In this document: piece after piece, positions 1 to 12,000 of the stretch
How the letters are laid out: every line of letters begins with the position of its first letter
Numbering within the stretch: the stretch's first letter is position 1
Assembly: GCA_044892525.1 (NCBI GenBank)
Contig: CM097886.1
Coordinates: 35,898,001-35,962,000, forward strand
Source: Schmidtea polychroa
Taxonomy: Eukaryota
Direction of reading: 5' to 3'
Length of the DNA: 64,000 nt
Translations under genes and position numbers: made by a program
The notes under the pieces: generated by a model
Seen by the model: only the letters and a program-made list of their open reading frames with translations
Told to the model about the DNA's origin: nothing
Databases searched by the model: none

Positions 1-3000
1 AGGCTACAGGCCGAGGAAGAGAGGATAAAACAAGAACGCAACCAACAACGACAAGAACAACCATTGCGAATAAATATGATGAAGTTAGTAAAAGACATGA
101 AGAGCCAGTATTGCTACAATTACGGGAAAAGCCCAAGGGTAGTACCCATGACTGAACCAGAAAAGGTAAAAGAAATAACAACGGAAATGAAAACAGAGAA
201 TTCAACCACGATTTTAAAAGGAAACCAGAGAACTCAGAAAATATTCTGGAAAAAGATAAAGGATAAAATCGAAAAAGAACATAATAAAGCGAAAACCGAG
301 ACAGAAGATGAAAATAACAAGAGCGAGGAACAAACCAGTCAACTAAATCACCAAATGCTACAAGAATTAGAATCAGAAGAAACAACAATATTCGAAAGAA
401 AGAAACTAAAGAGAGTACCAAGGATGAGAAACTTGCAAATCAATATGATGAAAAGGACAAAAGATGTAGCATCGTCAGACGAAGAAGAAGATTATGTAAG
501 TAGTTTGGGTGGAGAAATACTACAGCCGAGTGAAATAAGCGAACCCCCAAAAGGGGAAATCAAAGAGGAAGAAAGCGGAAACGAGATAACCAGTGAAAGT
601 GAAGACGAAGATATCGAAATAAAGTTGAGAAAAGCAAGGGAGGAAGCGATAAAACAGGTAGCCGAAATACTCCCAGTAGTAGTGAGGAACCAAGAGTTCA
701 TCGACGTAATACCATTCAGGCGATTCGTGCAAAAAGTGATGAAATTGGAAAGAAACGAGAAAGATCTAATACCAAACGAGGAAAAATCAATTATAAAAAA
801 TTATATGGAAAAAATGAAGCAGGCCGATACCACGCGGTATGTAATAAAAATTGGAACGAGTAGAGGACTTGAAAGAATGTGGATAAAAAATACAGTCACC
901 GACGAACTTTTCGATTGGATACGAGAACATTTGGGAAGTTCGAGAAAGAAAGAATATCTGTATCAATACCAAGGAGAACAGATCAAACCAGATATGCACT
1001 TAGTAGATGCACTAATATGGCCAGGAGAAACGCAAATACTGAAGTTGCATAAAGAAAAACAACCAGCCAACCTTTACGATTGGGCTAAAGATGCCAAGGC
1101 AGAATATGATTTTAATATCAAATTGAAATTAGAACAAATAAAACAATGTACTCTGAGACGAAACCTGGATAAGCTGATCAAACAAATTCAAGAACAAGTA
1201 GAAGACAACTGGGATTTACTCATCACCAGACGAGCCCCAGCCATGTACGAACTAATGAGCCGGTTGCGAGATACAGAAATGCTCCGAATGAGTGATTGGA
1301 GAACCATAAATTTGATCCACAAATATGGAAGGTTAAAAGAAACCCAGCCACAGAGGTTGGAAATAACCATATGGTTACCGAACGAAGAAAAACGACGAAT
1401 AAAAATGAGCAATCAGAGTACAGTGGATGACTTGGTATCAAAAATAAACCAAGAGATAACGGAAAAGGTACGTAGCGAAAGTAGTGATGGTATGGTGGAT
1501 GATGTAGTCATGATGTACGATAAGATAATATTACGAACGGAGGACGACACCTCGTTAAGCGAAATGGGTATGTGGGACAATCATCAGATAATCAGGATAG
1601 TACCAATGGATGAATTCCGAACAAGAGATGTAACATATCAAAAAGAAATACGAGACCGGATGAAAACGTTATATCGAAAATCTACAGAAATAATTGAAAT
1701 CCATCAACAATGGTTAAAAGAAAAAGAGCTACAAGGAAAAATCACGAAATTAAATACCAGATCTTGCAGACGAACCCCATGGGAAAGAGTGTGGAATGCA
1801 GAAAGTAAGGAATGGGAAATCCGGAAAGGAACCTTCGTAGAAACAGACATCGGTGAGACAGAAAGTGAATCGGAGGAAGAAGAAGAGGAACCCCCAGAAT
1901 ATGAAGAGGAAGCAAGGGGACAGACATCAGATGACGAAAGCGAGACGGATGTCACATCAGAAAGCGAAAATGAAGCGAGACATATTCATGCAATGAGGAA
2001 AAAGGAACGGGAATATGCTGATATGGACGGCGAGGAAGCGACGGAAGCAAGAGAACGAGAAGAGACAGAAAGGTATAAACAATTAGGCGATATCTTAGCA
2101 ATGGGAGCGAAAAATCAAAAACGCCAAGTAGTAGCGTTGGCTAACATCATCTTAAAGACATCAGAGAATATCCACAATCTGAGAGGAATGGCAAAGGCAA
2201 TAGAGGAATACCGGCAATATAATGAATGGTATCCAGAACAGCTAGAACAAATTATTCGAAAATGGAGAAATCAGGAATGGGCACAAGACACCCAGGAGAG
2301 GTATCACATCCAAATCAAGTATCCGGACAAGAGCATCGAGGAACTAGAGGTGCATCCAACAACAAAAATTAGAGAATTAAAAAAGAAATTAGCATATGAA
2401 ACTCCATTCCATCTGCAACTATTCGGAAAATCACTAGACGATAATGCAGACGTCGGAATAACACCCATGAGATTGGAAGAGACAAATGTGTTAACAATGG
2501 CAGAAACGTTGGGGAAACCGTTAAAAAGGAAAAGTAAAATTATTAAACCAACAAAAGGCAGCTTGAGTACTCCAAGTCCGAACAAAGCACCAAGTAAATC
2601 TAATGAAACTGAAGAAGTTGAAGAGATAATCCTGGAAGATAGTGACGATGAACCAGGAGAAAGATCACCGCTATTAGTAAGATGGCCGACAGGAGCCGAA
2701 ATGTGGACTAACAACCAGCCATCAACGAGTTATCAACAACCCACGAAACTAAACATCAAAGAAATCATCGACAATACTACGGAAACCGAAACGGATGAAC
2801 AATTCCAGAAGCAAAGAGAACCAACGAAAGTAACACCAGAAAGTCAAACCGACAAAATAATAGACGAATGGAATGAGTGGCTAAGAAATAACGATAGCTC
2901 ATTACCCAGAACGGATAACGAAAGAAATCCGAATTACGAAAATACCAGAGAAGCCGGAACGATGATGGAAAAACGGGCAAAAGGAAGACCTAAGAAACAA

Positions 3001-6000
3001 GGAGAAAAGTCTGAGTTAAAAACCAAAGAACAATTAAAGCAAGAACAAGGGCAAGTTCGATTAGAAAAATTGGATAAAATAGTATGGGATCTAAAGGAAG
3101 CCCAACCAACGATCGAAAGAGGAGAAAAATGGATACGAGAATTGTTAAAAGATATATTAATAATAACAAACCCACAACTTAGACGTTTGTGGCAACGGAA
3201 AGTAGCCAGTACGGAAGCTAGACAATTATGGCACACCATTTCGGGGATAATCCCAAAGTTAATCAAAGAGAAAACGAAAACCACCAAAACGGATTGGGAC
3301 GAAACAAAGAGAGTGATTGAGCAGCTCACGACAAATGCAAATGATGACGAACATCACCTAGTGGTAATCACGTATTTGATGTATAATTTGATGGGACTAG
3401 CTGCGAGGAAAATACCAAATAAACAGTTTGCAAATCATGTGGAAATGACCGTTTTAATCATAGAGAATACTATTGAACCACATATTATTCGTGCAGGAGG
3501 ATGGAAAAGACTAATACAAGCGCCACGGAAAAATGAGCAAGAAAGGTCGATGCAAGTTAGATTGAAAAAACTGTTAAATGAACTAGAATGGGAACTACCG
3601 ATGAAAGATCCCGCAAGCAGAAAAGCATCAATAAATTCGTTAATGATGACTATGATGATATGGATGTTGTGCACAAGTGGAGCAACAGGCTTCACCATCT
3701 ACGATTGTGACAATATGATAATGAGAGATAAATACTCATTGAGAGACATAGAAGAATGCAGACAAGCCTCACCCAACAAATTGGACATCGTGAGAACAAA
3801 AGTTACTTACCATGTATATCAAGAATCAGATTTCATCAGAACGCAAGCAAGGGAATGCGTAGTATCAAAAAAGGTACTCGCATATTACTGTGGACAATAT
3901 TCGTATTCGACTCTTATACTACCCGGTCTGGATAAGGAAATCGTATCAATACAACGAGAGGATTGTAAAGAGCTATTTAGAACCGGAGCGCTAAAAATGC
4001 ATAACGGAGTGACAATTCACGGACAAACTGGAATGATTAAAACCGAAAGTGTTTACGTATCCGGAAAAGTAAAATCATCAGATGGGTCATGTAACGGAGG
4101 GACGTATACGATCCGAGGCGAGGTAATATCGGGAGTTGTAGTGATCGAGTCTTACACGGTCGAATTAAAAGAATACGAAGCGCAATTTGACGCAAATAAT
4201 TACCAAATGAAGACCAACCCAGCGTGTAAAGCTACAGAAAACGTATGCAGGACAGGAGTATCAACTATAATCTATGAAGCTAATACCCAAAAATGCCGAC
4301 TCCAACTGTTAAAAAGTGCTTTGTTCAATGAAGTAAAAGGAGAAATATATGAGAACGAGAACGACGAGGATGGAAACGACAGAGTGAGAATGCGAAATGG
4401 AAAACCAATGCCACCATCTCCCAGAGAAAAGAGACTTTCAACGCAGAAGACACCAACAGCATTAATCACAGACGATCCAGATCTAGGTATGAGGTTTATC
4501 AAAGAGAAAGAAACCACCAAATGTGACAGTATAGTATATAAAACCAATTACGCAGGCATCTATATGTCGAGACAAATAATCGATAGAGCAGTGGGAAAGA
4601 TAGCAACGGAGGACGTAAAACTATACTTATATGCAAATAATAAAATGGATTTTCTATTTCATCGTGGACAAACGACCTTGCAAAAAGTATATTACGATCT
4701 GATACAAAACGATTGTTCATTGAATAAAGAAATATTGAAAACAAAGCTAGCTATTGCGATAACGCACCCAGATAACACGATGCCATCACTCCCATTACCA
4801 GATGGACACTTTGGTAGAATGGTAGGAGAAGTGATGTACACATACCAGTGTACCAAGACGTATGCACGAATGCCAGAAAAATCCATACTACCCGAAAAGA
4901 GATGTGCAAATGAATTAGAAATCCGTTATAAAGGACAAAATCGATTCGTCCAACCAGTCACTAGAATTATGAATCCAGTGGGTTTCTACCCAAATCTCTT
5001 TAACTGTTCTAATGCATACGGACCTTTATATGAAAGGCCCGATGGGAAATGGATGATGTTACCGGGAAAAACCATATCCGAGGAGCCCAAGAAATTTGGA
5101 TTAATAGAACTCGCCACAGAGCTGGATTTCAAACCTATAGACGTGTCAAACGGTGGTATGTATTCCCCGGAAGATCTAGAAACAGCACGACTTAACGTAC
5201 TCTTTCCAGCCAGACGAGAATCCATTTTGTCTAATATGGTAACAATAACTGGGGGCACCAACTATCAATCAGGCCCGAATTACGAGCTGCTATTATCGCC
5301 AGACCATTTTCAACAAGCTACGTCAAACATGATGAAAGCAATGTGGGGAAGATTCTTAGTTTTTGGACAAATGATGGCCGGGATATTAGGGATCATACTC
5401 ATAATTCAGATAGTCAGAGTAATACTAACACAAATGTTAGCTTGTTTCGATATATACAAGCGGGAAAAGAAAGTTAACTGGAAAATGATAGTAGGTTTCT
5501 TACCATTTTTAGCTAAGACCATGGTATTACATGGCCACTCAAAAGACATCCATCGGATAAAGCGATTGATAAAAATATTAACAAAGATTAAAGGAACCGA
5601 CGAAGAAGTAGGCAGACGATTCCGGAAAGTAATGTACGATGAGGCAACAAGACGACAATTGAAAAAGAATAAGCCAAAATTCTTGGACCGATTTAGAAGC
5701 CAATCATCTAACAGCGATAGTGACGACGATGATAACGGGAACGATAAATGTCTTTATCCAAACAGAAACCCAAACGAAAAACCAATGGAAACGGCACCAT
5801 ATTGGGAAAAGGAAAAGACAAACACCTGGATCGCCAATGGAAGCTATATACCACCGGATATCGTGGGACCACAAGCAGCTTTGACCATGACACAAAATAT
5901 GTATCCGCAATTACCGAGCCAACCCGGTATGCATTATATGCCGACACGACGTACCAAAAGTGTAGATCAAGCAGATGACGTAAGAACAATCGCAGCAATG

Positions 6001-9000
6001 AGTCTGCCTGGAGGTCCAGCAGTAACAGTTATGATTCAAATCAATGGTAAAGAAACCAATGCTATGATAGACACCGGAGCTAATGTATCAGCGATAGCGA
6101 TTAATCAAATCCCCAGTAAACACTGGAAAAATATCGAATCAACAACAATTCACATCATAGCATGTAGTAAAGAAACAGTGGACGTGGTCGGAAGATGGTG
6201 GACTACATTGAGATACCAGGACAACGAAATTGAAACGTATTTGGCAGTAATACCAAAACTTAGCGTACCATGCATAATCGGAACGGATTTGATGCCAGAA
6301 TTGTTAAAAGAAGTCGTAATTGACTTAACAACCATGTGTTTAAAAGACAAAACCGGTAGAATATGCAAAATGAATGCAGTCATCAGATGTCCAGAAAAAA
6401 TAATAGTACCAGCAAAATCGCAGATGATTTGTCAGATAAAAGTGGATACGGGTATGGAAGGAGAAGTTATCTTTGAACCAAGCAAGTCATTCGAAAAGCG
6501 ACGAGAATTACCACTCGCAAGAGAAATAATCACAATAAACCAAGAAGGAGTGATACCGCTCAACATCACGAATTTCGAAGAGGAAGACAAAATCATTTAT
6601 GAGAACGAAAAATTGGGAAGATTGACCCCAATGATGGACATAGAATTACCGAAAGTGACCAACGAGATGATCAAAGATGATGAATTATGGACAATAGATA
6701 GTATGTTGTTGACGAATGATGAAAAGAAAAAATTACACCGATTGTTGGTAGAATATAAAGATATATTCGCCATCTCAGACTTAGACTTGGGTACATGCGA
6801 TGTTACCCTACATGCAATACCCCTCATAGATGAAACTCCAATTGCATTAAGACCATACAAGCTAGCAGAAATGCAAAAAGAAATAGCCGAAGCAGAAGTA
6901 CAAAAGATGCTGGACGCAAAAGTAATCGAACCAAGTTGCTCACCTTGGCAATTCCCAGTGGTCATGGTGAAAAAGAAAGATGGCACCCAACGATTCTGTA
7001 TCGATTATCGGAAGCTAAACGCAGTGACCAAGAGAGATACCTATCCATTGCCGGACATCAATGAGATGTTATTGATGTTGCAAGGGGCAGCATATTTTAC
7101 TTCTTTAGATCTAAAAAGTGGATACTGGCAGATTAAAGTCAAAGATGAGGACAAAGAGAAAACAGCTTTCACGTTGGGACGAGATCTATATCAATTCAGG
7201 AAAATGCCATTTGGACTGACCAACGCACCAGCATCATTTCAACGGTGTATGAACTTTGTCACCCATGGAATCAAACAATGTATGGTATATATTGATGATT
7301 TACTAATCTATTCAGCGACATTTGAACAACATCTAGAAGATATCCGAAACGTATTTATTAGATTAAGACAGTGGAAACTCAAACTCAAACCATCAAAATG
7401 CGATTGGGCAAAGGAAAAAGTCACGTTTTTAGGACACATAGTGTCAGCTAAAGGAAAGGAGCCAGATCCAAGAAACATTGAGAAAATAAAACTATGTCCA
7501 GCACCGAAAACTGTCACCCAAGTTCAGGAATTTCTAGGATTATGCGGATACTATCGCAAATTTATCAAAAATTATGCAGGAATTGCAAAACCAATCCAGG
7601 AATTAGTAAAGAAGGATATTTCGTTCATTTGGGAAAAAGAACAACAACAGGCGTTCGAAACGCTGAGAGATAAACTAATCGAAGCACCTATCCTCGTACA
7701 CCCAGATTTTAAGAAGCCATTTCTATTGGCAACGGATGCAAGCGGGTACGCGGCAGGCGCGATTCTGGGACAATTAGACGATGAGGGAAAAGAGAGAGTA
7801 ATCGGGTATTACAGTCGAACATTCAAAAAGCACGAAAAGAACTATTCGGTAACAGAACGAGAAGCATTGGCTATAATACAAGCTATCAAACACTTCCGAT
7901 ATTTACTATGGGGACATGAGATATGCATAACCACGGATCATCAACCATTAGTGTGGTTAGGGCAACATAAAGAAGCGTCCAGTAGACTGATGCGATGGGC
8001 CATGCAATTGCAAGAATACTCCCCATTTATAAAATTCAAAGCGGGAAGAGCAAATGCCAACGCCGATTGTATGTCAAGATTTATTTTCCCAGATTTGGTG
8101 GATTCAGAAATGCAACGCATATGCTTAATAGTAGCGGAAGATTTGGATTTCTGTCAATTACGAAAGGACCAACAAGAGGACGCGGAATTAAAACAAATTA
8201 TCGATTATGTAAAAACCGGAAAGACAGAGGTATATGCGAAAGACCAAAAATTAAAAGAACATATGGATAAACACCGACACCGATATATTATAGAGAAAGA
8301 TTGGTTGCTGATAATGGATGGGGAAAAACGATTAATGTGTATACCGGAAAACCGACGAAAAGAGTTACTAACGCAATATCACGATGGGAGATTGGGAGGA
8401 CATATGTCATCGAAAAAGACGTTAGCAAGAATGAAACAGAAATATTTTTGGCCTACGTTAACTGAAGATGTAACCGAATGGGTAAAAAATTGTCTAACTT
8501 GTGCAACCAGGAAGAATACTGGATCGAAATGGAAAGCACCTTTAACGCCAATGCCAGTACCAATAGAACCAATGACAATGATATCCATGGACGTAGTTGG
8601 TCCACTACCAGAGTCAGATAAAGGAAACGTTTACATTCTAGTGATCACAGACTTTCTTACGAAATTCCCAGAAGCATTCGCGATGCCAGACCAAAAAGCT
8701 AAAACAATCGCAAAAATTTTGGTAGAAGAGATATGTTGCCGATATGGAACACCAAAACAAATCTTAACCGATCAGGGAACTAATTTTATGAGTGAGATAA
8801 TGAGCGAAGTAACAAATTACTTCAAAATAGCAAAACTAAGAACATCTCCATACCACCCTCAAACCAATGGGATGACGGAAAGATTTAATGGAACACTTAT
8901 ACAAATGTTATCAAACTACGTTGACCGTCACCAACGAGATTGGGACGAATATATAAACCTATGTCTTATGGCGTACAGAATGTCGATTCACGCATCAACG

Positions 9001-12000
9001 AAAATGAGCCCATTCAAATTAATGTACGGAAGAGAATGTAACATGCCAATGGACCTGGAATACCAACCACCGATATCGCAGTATATGGAGATCGATGATT
9101 ATGTTACGAAATTCAAGGAAAGAATGCAAGAAATTTGGGAAACTGCGGGATTGAATATCAAGTTCTACCAGGAAAGTTATAAAGATTTACACGATCGAAA
9201 GAAAAACGTGAAGCAACATACGTTCCAAACAGGTGATTGGGTAATGATAGAAACCCCGGAATTAATTCCAGGAACCGCAAAAAAGTTACAACGCAACGGA
9301 AAAGGACCATATGAGATCTTATTCGTAGGCGAAACTAATGTAAGAGTGAAATTGGTAAATAACCCCTTTACCAGACCAATATACGTAAACGTGGCACGAT
9401 GCAAATCAATTCCAAAAACAGCCACTAGTCAACCAGAAGGCCGTACATTAACCACACGTTCGCAAACCTACCGAATGAACATGATGCAACAACTCGCAGA
9501 ACCGATCACTGGACGATTAGGTATCCAACCATCAGAAGCGGAAAAGATTGTAAAAGAGGTAAAAATTAAAATACCTGGATGGGCAAAAGATCGATTAGAT
9601 TTCGAAATATTAGGAGGATTATTGACGATGATCGAGAACTATGCAAATAGAGAAAGGACACACCCATTATTGCGAGTAGTCAAAAGCCAATGGCCAATAT
9701 TATTTACAATAACAGATCATTACGGAGACACACCATTACACAAACTCATGAAAGTAGGTAACAACGAGCAAATACTAGAAACAATAGAAGCATTTCACGA
9801 CTGCAAGCGATCAACAGAACAAACAAACAACCAAGGTTACACACCATTAATGATAGCCGCAAACAGAGGCAAAACAAAAGACATTATAACCGCATTACTC
9901 GATACCGGATCGAAAATAACTACACAAGACCACGAGCGGAAAAACGCTCTACATCATGCTATCGAAGGGAGAAGTACCGAGGCGTTCACGTCATTGATGG
10001 AACTACTATCATATGAGGACAATCGGGAAGTCGGAAACATGTATGATGGATTGTTAACAGCGATCAAAGAAAAACTGACGACAATTACCGAAATATTAAT
10101 TACATGGAGAAATCCAATTCGAAACGATTATATGATCAACGTAAACGAAGCGTTCACGAGAGGAGAGAACACGCTGATGAGAGAAGCTATGAAAGGACAT
10201 CATTTATTCGAAATCCCGAATCAATTACTAGAACGAGGGATAAAATTCACAAATCACAAAGACGAACAGTTAACAAAAAAGCGAATCGACACATTCGAAA
10301 AATCACTATTCCAATTTACTAACCAAGTACGAAATAAATATTGGGAAACGGTAAGTGTGTTATATATGATGGACACGATGAATAACATCCGCGAGAATTA
10401 CATGGATATTATCCAAATACTTACAGCAGAGGAACGAATCAATAATCCAAACGGAAAGAAAATGAAAATAAAGTATGAGAAATCCAGGGAATCAAAGTCA
10501 ACAACGAACCAAACGGTCACAAACAACGTCATCGAAACCAAATCAATGAGTATAGATCAAGAGGCAATAATACGCAAAGCAAAAGAAGTGTTCTTTGAGG
10601 AAATGCTAGAGCTGCCAGACGAAATAATATTGTCCAAAATAATAAAAGCCGTACACACATACGCAAGAGATCAAACCACGGGTTTAGATATCGGGAAAAT
10701 CAAAACCTTCTTGCCTCGAGCATTTACGATGGTAACGAAGGATTCCAGAACACCCCTACAACAAGCAATACTAGCGGCGAAAGAAAATAGAGCAATAACG
10801 ATCGTGAGAATCCTTGGAGAGATGGGCGAGGAAACCAACACGAAAAATGAACAAGGTGAAACCGCCATGATGTATGCAGCTATAACGAAAATACACCCAA
10901 AAACACTCCACATCCTACATCAATCAGGATCGAAACTAGACGAAAAGTCCAATGAAGGAAATTCCACCTTGGACTGGGCAACCATACAGCCAAACTTAGA
11001 AATGATCAGATTTATTTGCAAAAATGCGACAAAAGAAGAAGTTGAAAATATGTGCAAAAACACATCTCAGTTTCAATGGAATACGGTACGGAAAAATCTA
11101 GAAGCAATGAAATTATTATTAACCTGGAGAGTACCACAAAATAATAAATATGCGATAAATGTAAACGAATTCTACGAAAACGGAGAAAATGCGATGGTAA
11201 AGAATACCCTAACCAAGGGGGGGACACCTAAAATAATTTTAATAGTATTAAATAGAGAAGACCTAAAATTCACGCAAAATCAGAACGAGCAACAACGAAT
11301 TGGGAAACATCGTCGTATGCAATTGAGAGAGTTAGTTAAAGAATGGAATAGAAAGAGACATGCTGCAACGGGTAGAAAAGAGTTTGAATTCGAAGCAAAA
11401 TTAGCAAGAAACAGAGTGCTAACAGCATATCGCAGATTATTGAACGATATAAATGTCGAGGACGACATTTTAAACGACAGCGGGGGAGATAAACACGATG
11501 ACAATAACGGAAAAGGCCGAAAGGAGGATAAAGAGAAAAGAGAACAGGAGGAGGGTAAACCGGAAAACAAGGATTCGGATACGAAAAGAGAGGGAAACAG
11601 CCCGGGAACTAAGACCAAAGAGGAGGAAAAATCGAATAATGGAAAACAGAGGGTATGCCTACCTTTCACTAACAAAGAAATAGAGACAAATATGATATTA
11701 ATGATAATTATGCTTACCATGATAGAGTTAGTAACAGCTCAGGGAGGGACGAGAACGATAAAAGAAACCAAAGAAGCGGAGAATCAAGATAGCAAAGAGG
11801 ATGAACTAAAGCAAGAAAAGAAAAAGCAAGCACAAGAGCAGCAGTGGGATTTAAAGGAAGAATGGGACTTAAAGGAAAGGTGCATACTAGGAAGATGCAT
11901 GTCTAGAGCGTATCAGAAACTAGTACTGATAAATGAGGCCACAGAACCAATAACAGAAGTAAGAATACAAGAAGCATACCGAAATCGAGACGGGAAGAGA

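Noticed and set aside
64-66. Track start codons at 64 and 63915
   Set aside because: TTG codons inside frames that remain open to the window edges; not true starts
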